Of a stretch of 64,000 nucleotides of DNA, positions 41,479 through 54,267 are shown in pieces. Location of the stretch: NCBI GenBank assembly GCA_951406725.2, contig OX597828.1, positions 31,000,001 to 31,064,000 on the forward strand. The letters run 5' to 3'. Origin of the DNA: Octopus vulgaris. Lineage: Eukaryota. The notes beneath the pieces were generated by a model. That model was not told the origin of the DNA, searched no databases, and saw only the letters and a program-made list of their open reading frames with translations. Within the stretch, counting starts at the first letter, position 1; every line of letters begins with the position of its first letter. The position numbers and the translations under genes are program-made.

Positions 41479-44207
41479 CATATATACATACATGCATATC
41501 TATATCCACTCAATTTAATGTATAACTCTTCTCGACTATATAACAAGAGAACAGTTTTCTCAACCCTGTTCTCTTGGTATATTACATTACTGCATTTCCA
41601 CATGGCAATTACTTTAAGATTAAGGTTGACACAACCATAGAATTCTTTCTAAATTCTCATTAAGAAGATCATTGAAAAGTCAAGATATTCTAATTCGCGG
41701 CAAGAAGCATCTCCATTTTATACGAATTATATCTAACCTGCTTTAACACTTGGGAAAAGTAATTAACAATTAATAAAAGAGCAAACATTGTCTTTCCAAA
41801 AGAATCTGCAAAATATGAAGTGTCAGTAATTCAAAGAAATCTCAATAACAGGAATTCAGGTTTTATTATGCATGTGCATGTGTTGCCTGCTTGTACACAT
41901 GGAATGCATTGTACACAATTCTTGACCAATGTTATAGCGTCAACGTGCATACGACCCTGTTACTTGTGAATATAGGATATCAATAGTTATGTGTGTGTGT
42001 ACGCGCACACAATTTCTATTGTTATTGCTCGACATTGAGCTCTATAATGAAGAAACAATTGTTAAGAATATTACATGAGTTCATCTTTTAAGCATTGCTC
42101 TCACTAAAAATAAACAGGTTTGTGTTCATCACGCTATTCAAGGCCCCAACGCTGCCAAAAACGAAAGAAAAAATCTTTGAATCTCAATGCTTTCAGTTAC
42201 AATTATATGAAAATTCTTCAAACATGACCAGATTAATTTTCATGAGAAAATTGTTTTATTATAATGCTTATACAAATGAATTTTACCTAATTAATATTAT
42301 CAATTATGTGGAACAATGAAGCTTCTATGAGATTGTGGAATTACTGCTTTTGTTCAGTAATTCCCAGAATATAATTTTGGTTTTGTTCTTGTTTTTGAAA
42401 TGTAGAATTTTGAAATATGAAATATAACATTGGATATGAGAACCCTAGAAAACATGTGATATTTTATCAGAGATTTTTCTGACGCTAACAAAATATACAA
42501 TCAATCGCTAAAAACAAAAGTTTAAAGAAACATTTGATGCCATTCAAGTTGAAATTCACTTGTAAAATTGCCCCAGGAAACGATAATTGGACTGTTGTCT
42601 TCATAATGCTCATGACAACTGGCATACACTATAAGTATTCCACGTATTGAAAACACTTATGACAATAAGCATCGCTGCGAATATGTCACTTGGTAATATA
42701 TCTAAATATCAAACTTAGCCAAATACAATTTATTTCTCCTTGTGTTTCTCAGTAAATAAACAGATATTGGAAATTCCCAATAGTCTCGGTAAATGTTCAA
42801 AGCTTATTGCAACTGTCAATAAATACAAACTACAAAATTGTAAAATCAAAATTAGTCCTTTTAAAATTGTTCTTTATATTCACGGTTTTCTGCGAAAGGA
42901 AACATTTGCAGAGGTGTAAAATTTATCAGAATATTATGAGTTCTTTTATACCGGGTGCGATTGTTCACATCCTAAGAATTGCAATATCTGTTTGTTATTG
43001 GAAATCCCGTGCAAACTTGATGTGTAAATAAAAGTAAGCAATACACAAAAGGAGGACAATTGCGAGCGGCTCTCTCTGAACAAAATGCGGAAGCTATATC
43101 GATACGTTTCATGAATATACTTTCACATACGCTACTATATACACTTCAACATTCGCTACTATATACCGAAGGTTTACATATATTCGTTTCAATAACTTGT
43201 CTTTGTTATGTGCTGCTCGTAAGTATCCTTCCGATAAATTCCATTGAATTGAAAAGCAAAATAAAGAAACTGTAAAATGTTTATTATAAATTAAGAAGAT
43301 GGATTTACTATTTGAATTCGATTTTAGGCATCAATACCACCTCTCCGCGAAATCCCAATGATTGTTGTCAAAATATATAACTGTTCATTACAAAACACCA
43401 AAATTGTTAACTTAGAGACGTAACAATATATGAACGAACAAGACAGTTTCACTTTCTTTCTCACACATACTTGCCTTCACCCTCAGAAATCGAAAATAAA
43501 AAGTTACGTCTTAAGACATGTCTCACATGTATTAATCCTGTAGCAGTGAAACAGATCGCATATACCCCAAATATTGTAACCTTTTGGGTTCAATCCAGCT
43601 AGACCTAGCTTTTCTCATCTAACCTACAATGTCTTTCTAAAAATAACAATCGTACATATGCATCACATTTGACAGAACGCTAAACGGTGAGCCTACCAAG
43701 AAAATTAAACGATTTGCCACAAATGATACCTTCCCTTTCAAAATGGATATCATTGAACGTTTAAGATCTGTATGAGATATGTCTGTGACTGTGTTAGTGT
43801 GTAAGATGAATATATATTTAACACAAATTAAAACAATAACAAATAGCCTGGACATTTAAAATTAGTAGCTGTTTCAAAATGTTTCAAAAACCTAAATACA
43901 GTTACAGCAGGATTTATAATTACATTTATTAAACGTTGACAGCCACAGCGTTAAGAAACCGGCTGAATAATTATGTTCTACAGAGAGGAAATGGAATGTT
44001 TTGATCAGTATTGCATTATCTTGGACTTTCAGAATTAAGTGACCACACCCACTCAAAAGTAAGATTGCTTGTGAAGTTTAGATAGAAGAGGAGGGAATGA
44101 TAATGGTGATGATCATTAATGGAGATGGTGGTCATAATCACATTTGTTTACAATAAACACTTCGTTTCACCCAAGATTTACTTTATTTAAACTCATATTT
44201 GACTCTC

Positions 44208-44252
44208 TGTCTATCTATCTGTCTGTCTATATATCTATCTATCTATCCATCC

Positions 44253-44325
<73 letters not shown>
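44208..44325. repeat. (TCTA)n microsatellite
   Basis: Seen directly. Confidence 0.95.
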
Positions 44326-45022
44326 AGATTGCTTGTGGATGAGATCAAAGATTGTCAGACTTTCATTTGCGAAAATATATTTCAATATGCACCACAAAAA
44401 ACTACAATAATAAACAAATGAATCGAATACACGTATACAGTGGTATCAATCATATTTTCCACATTGCATATAACTGCCATAGGTAATTACTCTGATAGCG
44501 TTAATAACTTCCATACATGTTTGTTTGTCCCATAATAAAACTCCCCTACGATATTTTGTAATTAACAATATAATCGCGATCAGTTCCTTTATTTCTTTTA
44601 AGGTATTATTACATTGAGAATTAATTTCCTGGATGAAAAGCCTAGCATTGAATAAACTAATAATGCAAGTATATTGTTATGTGCTCCGTGTAAATAATTA
44701 TATTGTAATTGTATATCATTACAATGAACTACACTATACACAGTTAGCCATTTGTAAACTGTATTGACCTTATAGAGGTCAGGTCATATATATTAATTTC
44801 AGTGAATAATATATTCATGTTTCTATGAATCCCGTATGTAATATCGTTAATTCATTTGAATTTTCATTTCCTCTTAATAAACCATTAAATTATATAAAAT
44901 ACACAATAGATTACCAAACGCAACAAAAATAGATAATATATTAAATATAATTAACAGAAATTTCTTCGCGTTCGTACATAAATGCATACATACATAATTT
45001 ATGTATCTATGTATGTATATGT

Positions 45023-45082
<60 letters not shown>

Positions 45083-45091
45083 GTGCGTGTG

Positions 45092-45592
<501 letters not shown>

Positions 45593-45594
45593 GA

Positions 45595-45643
<49 letters not shown>

Positions 45644-45645
45644 GT

Positions 45646-46156
45646 TTTCAGAATGAGATAAAAATCCAATGCTGTGAAGATTTTAAAACATTTATAAATA
45701 GGTCTTACAGCTATTTCCAGGATATGTATTGTATCCCTTCATCTGAGACGGCGTGAGAAAATGGTTATACAGTAGTTAAATTTAGATAAGGTACGAAATA
45801 GAGAGTGGAGGAATGAAAATAGATGTGAGATATGCAGGGATATTGCGTTTCTAAATTCATTATTTAGGCAGAATGGTATACATATAACATCCCAATACCT
45901 TGTGAGTAACTTCCAATAGTAATAAAAACAAGCCATCGTAAATTTATAAATGTTCTAACACCTTCACAGCTTTGGGTTTTTTTAATCTAATTTTGAAATA
46001 AAAGAGTAAATATACACATGCTCATATATGACATACATTGGGCTCCTTATTCGTATAATCACCGAACATGGAGTTTAACTATGGTCTTTCCATAGCACTT
46101 AATCAGCATTACCTCACAGCTTTGGGTCTTATTAACACCATTACGTTTCATAACCT
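45646..46156 (-). mobile_element. PLE-like non-coding element copy 1 (hammerhead motif 45702-45749)
   Basis: Colinear with 46190-46635. Minus strand reads GTCT-CAGATGA-AGGGATA..TATCCT-G-GAAAT-AGCT-GTA-AGAC. Internal inverted repeat at 45646-45699 / 45942-45998. Confidence 0.75.
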
Positions 46157-46189
46157 TTCTCTCTCTCTCTCTATATATATATATATAAA

Positions 46190-46635
46190 TTTCAGAATGA
46201 GATAAAATTTCAAGGCCTTGAAAGACTTTAGAATATTTAAAAATAGGTCTTACAGCTCTTTCCGGGATATTTTGTATATCCATTCATCGGAGACGATGTG
46301 AGAAGATGGTTAAGCAATAGTTAATTTAGATAAGATGTGAAATACAGAGTGAAGTGGAGGAATGAAAATAGATGTGAGATATGCAAGAATATTACATCAG
46401 TAGATCCATAAATTTTGGTAGAATGGTATACATATAATATTCCAATACCTTCTAAGTTCCAATAGTATTTAAAATGCTATTTATTGTATATACGCATGCT
46501 CATATATGACCTACGTTGGACTCCTTATTGGCATAATCATCGAACCTGGAGCTGAACAATAATCTAACCATAGGACTTACTCAGCATTACCTGACACATG
46601 TGGGTCTTCTTGACACCATTACTTCTCATAACCTC
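46190..46635 (-). mobile_element. PLE-like non-coding element copy 2 (hammerhead motif 46247-46294)
   Basis: Tandem homologue of copy 1. Minus strand reads GTCT-CCGATGA-ATGGATA..TATCC-CG-GAAAG-AGCT-GTA-AGAC. Confidence 0.75.
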
Positions 46636-46650
46636 CCTCTCTCTCTCTCT

Positions 46651-46712
<62 letters not shown>

Positions 46713-47150
46713 GTATGTATATGTATGTATGTATGTATATATGTATGCTTATATTAATGTGCGTAAACCTATCGGCACTGATATTATTTGGGAAAAAAGT
46801 AATTAATAAACTAGTCACGATTTAAATGGAAAATATTCTTGAAACTTCTGTCATACTCAGTCTAGAGAAAGACACATTGCAAGCATAAATAAGGAGAACA
46901 AGAACATGTTTTTGTTAATAATGCTGTTCGTCGTTAAGCATGTGACAGCATCTGGTATCTATTACCATATTGCCTCAAGTCAAATTGCATCTATAAATAA
47001 AAATGTAAATTGCCCTTACAGTGGTGTTTGCTGTTAGGACGTTTTCACTATTATTTCTAACAACTGTCAGAACTCATTTGCATTTTGTTCACGTCCTTTT
47101 CAAAACCTGGTTGTTACTTATGAGCCACTTCAAAAGTAAAGAATACTTCC

Positions 47151-47406
47151 GTATAGCTCTTCTTCTTGGACGTTTCTCCTTTCCGACGACGTGCCGTGCT
47201 CGAAACGGTAAAGATAATCTTCTTTCGCCAAGCGTCGAAATAATATGATTCTTGCGCACGTCCACACATTCGTTTTTGTTCTTCCCTTTTTTTTTCTCTT
47301 TTGGTTTTTGAATTGCTTGTTCCTTGAATTGATTTTATATATGCATATATATTTGTTCCACCTCCTTGTGTTGTTGTTTTTTCTGTTTTCTCGTTTGGAT
47401 TAACCT
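47151..47406 (+). mobile_element. Degenerate PLE-like fragment with hammerhead-like motif (47179-47214)
   Basis: CTTT-CCGACGA-CGTGC-CGT-GCTC-GAAAC-GGT-AAAG. The T-rich 3' part resembles the 38315 copy and ends in (TA)n. Confidence 0.5.
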
Positions 47407-47467
<61 letters not shown>

Positions 47468-48330
47468 GTGTGTGTGTGTAAACATGTATATGCATATATT
47501 AATGTGCGTAACCCTACCTATGTATTGCTTGGCACTGATATTCTTGGCTCATAAACACCATGGATATGATATATAATTACTTTTCTTATTATCAAATAAG
47601 CAATTCATTCTGTGATTCTAATACTGACGTACAAACAATTTACCTTCAGAAAGAATAATAAACTTGAACATGCATATCTTACGTCCATCTATAAGCACTC
47701 AACTAAGAAATTGCGAGAATGCACGTGAAGCAGTATAAATATATCACTAATATATCATATTTATATAATGGTTTTAAATTCCATTGAAATAGTGGAGATA
47801 ATTTGATATTGTCTTTGACTCAATGTGTAAACAAAGTAAAGATTTTTATAATGAAGAAACTAAATATTATCTAAACAATTTCTCTGAGAGTCTGATACTT
47901 CAGCCAAATAAAACATATTTCATTATTAATGATTTCTGAATGATTTAAGGTTTAATTTGAAATACATAAATGGTAACATGTAAAACGCCGCTGAAAGAAT
48001 TGCACTTTGAGAACGTACTCCAGCTGCGTATTATATTAAATTGCCCAGCCCTCAGTAGCAATAACAACTGCTTTAATTCAAGGATTCGAAAAAGAAAATA
48101 ACCTAGATGAATTTGGAATGAAATCATTGCCAAATTAGAAATCAAAACGGAGATCATGCCAAATAGAAGAGATGTAACAAAAACACACAGCAGGATTCTG
48201 TTTAACTCTAATGCTACCAACGTTATTCATTTACCGCACCTGTGAAAACATATTTCGCTTTAAATCTCATCTAAAACAAGTCACACACTAGCATCTGACT
48301 GATACATATACAGAAATACAAAGTACATAA

Positions 48331-48363
48331 TTTGATAGACGGAATCTGAAAGAATTCCGTCGC

Positions 48364-48406
<43 letters not shown>

Positions 48407-48471
48407 CATACATGTATGTGCGTATATTATGTTTTTATTTCTGTGTTTGTCCCCTCAACATCGCTGGACAA
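48331..48471 (+). mobile_element. SINE type A internal fragment
   Basis: TTTGATAGACGGAATCTGAAAGAA..CCGTCG-(TA)n-TGTGTTTGTCCCCTCAACATCGCT. Confidence 0.7.
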
Positions 48472-48531
48472 ATGTTCTATGACATTTTAGTCAAACTATC
48501 TCTCAGTCTCTATCTCTCTCCCTCCTCTCTC

Positions 48532-48564
<33 letters not shown>

Positions 48565-48567
<3 letters not shown>

Positions 48568-49080
48568 GGTTATGGGAGGAAATGGTGTCAGGTAGGGCTG
48601 ATTAAGTACCATGGATTGACCACAGTAAAGCTCCAGTTTCGGTGGTAATGCGAATAAGGAGTCCAACGTAGGTCATATATCAACGTGTATATACATATAA
48701 TTTTTTTCCAGAATGGGATAAAAAACAAGGCTCTGAAGATTTTAGAACATTTATAAATAGGTCTTGCAGCTGTTTCCAGGATATCTACTATCTCTATTCA
48801 TCGGAGACAGTGTGATAGGACTTTAAGTAATATTTCAAATACTATTGGATTTTACTCACAAAGTATTGGAATATTATATGTATACAATTCTCCCTAAATA
48901 ATGGTTCTACAAATGCAATATCCCTGCATATCCCACATCTATATTCAATCCTGCATTTCACTCTCTATTTCGTGTCTTATCTAAATTAACTACTGCTTAA
49001 CCATTTTCTCACACGGTCTCCTATAAAGGGCTATAGCAAATATCCTGGAAAGATCTGTAAGACCTGTTCATAAATGTTAA
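48565..49080 (+). mobile_element. PLE-like non-coding element copy 3, opposite orientation, with internal inverted segment
   Basis: 48565-48700 and 48830-49080 are reverse complements of copies 1 and 2. 48703-48815 is in copy 1/2 orientation. Hammerhead-like motifs occur at 48761-48808 (-) and 49016-49063 (+). Confidence 0.75.
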
Positions 49081-49114
49081 ATTTTTGTTCTCTTTGTTCT
49101 CTTTTTGTTCTGCG

Positions 49115-49718
49115 TTCTCTTCTGCGGATCTTACGAATAGCAAAGGACCACGCTTCGGACTTCTCCCATCTTGCGAGCTCTGGAACGTAGACTGTTCGCT
49201 CAACAGCAACAGCAAGGTGATGCAATGACCCAGTGATTAGGGCAGCGGACTCGCGGTCGGAGGATCGTGGTTCCGATTCCCAGACTGGGCGTTGTGTGTG
49301 TTTATTGAGCGAAAGCACCTAACTCTCCACGAGGCTCCAGAAGGGGGTGGTGGTGACCCCTGTTGTACTATTTCGCCTCAACTTTCTCTCACTCTTTCTT
49401 CCTGTTTCTTGTCCCCGACTTCCTACGAAACCGCTGAGCCTGGATGCGCATTCCTCCACCCATCGATGCTCTCAGTATCGGGGGTTGACCTGCTTTCTCT
49501 TCTGTGGGTCTTACGAATAACAAAGGACCACGTTTCGGACTTCTCTCATCTTCCGAGCTCTGGGACGTAGACTGTTCGCTCAACAACAACAGCAACAGCT
49601 TGGAGGCGCAATGGCCCAGTGGTTAGGACAGCGGACTCGCGGTCGGAGGCTCGTGGTATCGATTCTCAGACCGGGCGTTGTTTGTGTTTATTGAGCTCAA
49701 CAGCAACAGCAGCAGCAG
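49115..49718 (+). mobile_element. Head-to-tail array of type C SINEs with (CAA/CAG)n-ending tail
   Basis: Tail-only unit 49115-49215, full copy 49216-49598, then head 49602-49696 joined to GCTCAACAGCAACAGC. The two tails align directly. Confidence 0.85.
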
Positions 49719-50421
49719 AAAGACTAGCATCAGAATCCTGTCAAACAACTACTTACTATCAGCATGAAATCTCCAAAGAACAGGCTCCTTCTATGTTCGA
49801 AACAGACAGTCATGCTCAGTTGCGAGAGAGAGACAACGACGGTCCTAAAACGGATAAAAAACGTCGTCAGGCCTAAGAAAATAAAAGGTAATAAAAGCAG
49901 ACCGACATCAACAAAAAGAATTCTCTTAGGTATGAACTGAGAGGGGAAAAGCCTTTGAGAATAAATACACAGATATGACACCCAACAGCAAGCTTGCCAG
50001 GACCGTCAAAAACAAGCATGCTAGTACCATCAAAAACTCTATCACAGACATGACGATCACAAAGAGAACTAAAATCTTACATTCAACTCTCAGATCGCAC
50101 ATCCCCAAAATAACACTGCAGTAAGCACAAACAACAATGAACTGAGAGAACACGTATTACCATAAAGAAATCACACAAGCACACATACATACACACACCT
50201 ATTTTGTTACATCAGTGATGATGACGGTGGTGGTGGTGATGATGATGATGGTGGTGATGATGATGATGATGATGATAATGATGATGATGATGGTGATGAC
50301 GATGATGATGATGGTGATGGTGATGATGATGACGGTGGTGGTGGTGATGATGATGGTGGTACTGGTGATGATGATGATGGTGGTGATGATGATAATGATG
50401 AAGATGATGATGATCATAATG

Positions 50422-50965
50422 ATTTATTTATTAACCACAAAGGTTTACATTCAGAAAAAACATTATGGTCAGTGGAGGACAAAATAAAAAAAAATGTTTG
50501 CGCATGTATATGTGTGTGTGATGTTGTGGGGGTTTTGCGTGTGAACAAGAATAACAGTGTTTTTTTAAAAAAATCAACAATGTGTGATCCTAAATTCGGA
50601 GAAGTCTTTCGAGGGCTGTTCATGGAAAAACCCCATTAAAAAACTATGGGTACCTTTACTTGGTGGGTTTAGGTGCCATTTTTTGTTCCCTTTTTCCCAT
50701 TACAGGTGCACTCAGGGCAGGTCCGTTCACTCACACCATTCTTGCCACTTTCATTCACCTTTCAGCCAATTGAAAAAAAGGCAACACTTCCGTCTCTACC
50801 CTTATTTTCCTTTAAAAGTGAAATTTGAAGAAATTCATCAGGGATTAACCACAGAGAAAAGTATTCGTCTTCAGCCCCTTCAATCTCATCCACAATGCAA
50901 CCTCCTTCGCAACGGTCGCCAGGCATATAAAAACAATCTTTCCTTCCCGGTTAAAGCAAGGCAGC
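50422..50965 (-). mobile_element. L1/Tx1-like LINE 3' end (duplicated copy)
   Basis: Copy of 51768-52315. Confidence 0.65.
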
Positions 50966-51767
50966 AATAATTGGCACAATCTTCTAAACACAAACAGCAA
51001 TGAACTGAGGGAACACATATTACCATAAAGAAATCACACAATAACACAAGCACACAAGCACACACACACACATACACAGACCTATTTTATTACATCAGCA
51101 AACATGGTACCAACACATAAAATTCATTCAAACATCAAAAAACACATACGATGCCCTAAAAGTTTGATGTCCTTAAGGACTAGGGGGCTTCCAGGAGAAA
51201 TATTTAAAAAAGATTATATACAAAGCTGCTCGTGGAACAATCCACATATAACTATGGGGACGGAACAAACGTCCCTTCCTCCCCAACAAAATCACTGTAA
51301 GTAAAGCATCTGTTCATTGATTTCACATATCCTTGCTTAGGATGGTCAGTAAAAATATACTTACTCTGGAACCGCCTTGGAAACATAGCCATCAACTAAA
51401 CGACCTCAACTCACAAATAAAATAATAATAAATAAAAGTAAAAACAACAGCAGCAGCAACAACAACAACAACAACTACAACAATAATAATATTAATAAAA
51501 ATGATGATGATGATGATGATGATAATGATGATGATGATGATGGTGATGACGATGATGATGATGATGGTGATGGTGATGATGACGGTGGTGGTGGTTTTGA
51601 TGATGATGATGATGATGATAATGATGATGATGATGATGGTGATGACGATGATGATGATGGTGATGGTGATGATGATGACGGTGGTGGTGGTGATGATGAT
51701 GGTGGTGCTGGTGATGATGATGATGGTGGTGATGATGATAATGATGAAGATGATGATGATCATAATG

Positions 51768-52315
51768 ATTTATTTATTAACCACAAAGGTTTACATTCAG
51801 AAAAAACATTATGGTCAGTGGAGGACAAAATAAAAAAAAAATGTTTGCGCATGTATATGTGTGTGTGATGTTGTGGGGGTTTTGCGTGTAAACAAGACTA
51901 ACAGTGTTTTTTAAAAAATCAACAATGTGTGATCCTAAATTCGGAGAAGTCTTTCGAGGGCTGTTCATGGAGAAACCCCATTAAAATACTATGGGTACCT
52001 TTACTTGGGGGGGGGGATAGGTGCCATTTTTTTGTTTCCTTTTCCCATTACAGGTGCACGCTCAGGGCAGGTCCCTTCACTCACACCATTCTTGCCACTT
52101 TCATTCACCTTTCAGCCAATTGGCAAATAGGCAACACTTCCGACTCTACTCTTATTTTCCTTTAAAAATGAAACTTGAAAACATTCATCAGGGATTAACC
52201 AGAGAGAAAAGTATTTGTCCTCAGCCCCTTCAATCTCATCCAACATGCAACCTCCTTCGTAACGGTCGCTAGGCATATAAAACCAATCTTTCCTTCCCGG
52301 TTAAAGCAAGGCAGC
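51768..52315 (-). mobile_element. L1/Tx1-like LINE 3' end abutting (ATC)n
   Basis: Minus strand reads FICLATVTKEVACWMRLKG...FKFHF*RKIRVESEVL...AER*MKVARM, resembling the Tx1-type C-terminus AK..IW..R...L..R...E...F...W. The 3' UTR ends AATAAATAAATC followed by (ATC)n. Confidence 0.65.
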
Positions 52316-52830
52316 AATAATTGGCACAATCTTCAACTTCTTCATTTTCGAAAGCCTTGCTATTTGGCACTTAAGATGGTTCTATCTAGCTGTCATTTCG
52401 CCTTCCTTCTTGACTATTTGTGGGTCAAAGTGGCATGCAGCATCAACTATATATCATACGTGTCCACCTTGTCCACCATCACAAGGTCCGGGATGTTATG
52501 CTCTAGCACATGATTTCTTTGGATTGAGAAATCCCAGAGGATTTTGCTAGACTCCGACTCCGCCACTCCCTACGATTTGTGCTCATACCACGTCTTGCCT
52601 CTTTCTAACCCCCACTTTTCGCACAGAGTTCAATGTAGCACTGTCGCTATCTGGTAGTGTCGCCTCAACTTTGATTTTGGGCAAGTCTAGAGTTTTCGTT
52701 CCTGGCAATGGTTTCATCCACCCTATTGCAAATGCGGCATAGCTGAGACACTTGCTCATATCTCAGGTTGACCCTCCAGGTCGTGGCCAAAGTGTGGTCT
52801 TGCGCTACCAGTACAGTGTTCTCCGTCTCT
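52316..52830 (-). mobile_element. R4/Dong-clade RLE retrotransposon fragment (CCHC plus PD-D/ExK endonuclease region)
   Basis: Minus strand reads ETENTVLVAQDHTLAT..CRICNRVDETI..RRH..WYEHK..KILWDFSIQ..LEHNIPDLVMVDK..VDAAC.FD..KKE..HLKCQIARL..KIVPII. Confidence 0.85.
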
Positions 52831-52841
52831 ATTTATTATTA

Positions 52842-52879
<38 letters not shown>

Positions 52880-53268
52880 TTTTTTTTTTCTTCTTTCAAA
52901 TTTTCTTCCATTTCTTGCCGAGTGTCTTCCCGACTCCTAGGGCAAAGAAACTCATAGTATATATTGGTAGGCCATTAAACCAAACTCAGTAGTTCGTTAA
53001 TTTTTTTTTTTTTTTAAAGTTAAATTAAAATACATGAGCAGCAGCAGTTCTCACATCGACAATGCTCTTCTCAATACGTGTGATGTACCAGTTAAGACTT
53101 TTGTTTGTGTTTCTTTGTTAGTTCATGTCGAGATGGGATTAAATTTGCAGGGATGGTAAGCCAGGGATCATTCTCATATAATTTTCGGTTCCCTTCTTGA
53201 TCATTCCTAGTGCTCCTACGATCACTGGTATTGTAACCGCCTTGAGATGCCACATTTTCTCAATTTCA

Positions 53269-53270
<2 letters not shown>
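52880..53270 (-). mobile_element. R4/Dong-clade 3' end flanked by (TAA)n on both sides
   Basis: EIEKMWHLKAVTIPVIVGALGMIKKG...SLQ[insert]VLTGTSHVLRRALSM*. The 3' UTR carries a TTGCC..GAGT..ACTC.GGCAA stem-loop. Dong elements are known to target (TAA)n. Confidence 0.88.
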
Positions 53271-53348
<78 letters not shown>

Positions 53349-53395
53349 GATCATTATTATTACTATTATTATTATCATCATCATCATCATCATCA

Positions 53396-53442
<47 letters not shown>

Positions 53443-53443
53443 G
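53270..53443. repeat. (TAT)n/(CAT)n microsatellite
   Basis: Seen directly. Confidence 0.95.
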
Positions 53444-53446
53444 ATT

Positions 53447-53879
53447 TGTGAGCTATTAGAATCATTAGAATGACGGGTAAAATGCTGAGCGGCATTTCGT
53501 CTGTCGCTATGCTCAGAGTTCCGGTGCCGCCAGATTCGACTTTGTCTTTTCGCGGCCGTTAAAATAAATACCAGCTGCGCACTAATGTCTGTCAAACTGA
53601 CCCCCCCCCCCCGTCTCCTTCATTTGCTGAACTCGAGCCAAAATTTGTAACCAATAACCTTCTTAAGCCGACGTACTGATAGAAACAAATTCGCCAGAAA
53701 AAGTACTTAGCGGCTTTCCGTCTGTCTTTACTTACTAAGGTGAAATTCCGTCGAGTCGATCTTGTCTTTCATTTTTTTCTATTGTCAATATAAAGACCAT
53801 TCAAGTATTGGGATCGATGTTGTCGACTTTCCTTCTCTCCTCGAGAACTGCTCGTCTAGTGCAAATATTTGAAAACATC
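53447..53879 (+). mobile_element. Two tandem old SINE type B copies (53447-53657, 53667-53879)
   Basis: AAATGCTGAGCGGCATTTCGTCTGTC...CGACTTTGTCTTT and CTTAGCGGCTTTCCGTCTGTCTTTAC...AAATTCCGTCGAGTCGATCTTGTCTTTCAT. Confidence 0.7.
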
Positions 53880-53906
53880 ACCATTATCATCATCATCATC
53901 ACATCG

Positions 53907-53982
<76 letters not shown>

Positions 53983-54008
53983 TATCATCAACATCATCAC
54001 CATCATCA
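53880..54008. repeat. (CAT)n microsatellite
   Basis: Seen directly. Confidence 0.95.
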
Positions 54009-54224
54009 CTTACTCTTCATTCACCATTTAGTATTGTATAGAGATGGCGTTGCGTGGTTGAACGTATATTTCATGATTTTGAATCAAATAAATAGTAAAT
54101 AAGCGAATATACAATACAATTTAATATAACCACGTTGATCATCATTCGATACATATGATCTAACGTAAAATATATTGCGAAAAATGCATAGGTTTGGAAA
54201 TGTGTGTGTGTGTGTGTGGTTTTG

Positions 54225-54267
<43 letters not shown>

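Larger units (their letters stand above)
50122..52334. repeat. Complex local duplication A-B-A'-C-B'
   Basis: A 50122-50215, A' 50985-51098; B 50215-50984, B' about 51573-52334. Matched by direct comparison. Confidence 0.9.

Noticed and set aside
49720-50120. A/C-rich segment resembling another LINE ORF1 remnant
   Set aside because: No conserved motif was found, so the resemblance is compositional only.
50215-50487. Met/Val-rich ORFs (also 51501-51833) as a repetitive structural protein
   Set aside because: They arise from the (GAT/GGT)n microsatellite running into an antisense LINE 3' UTR, with no gene context.
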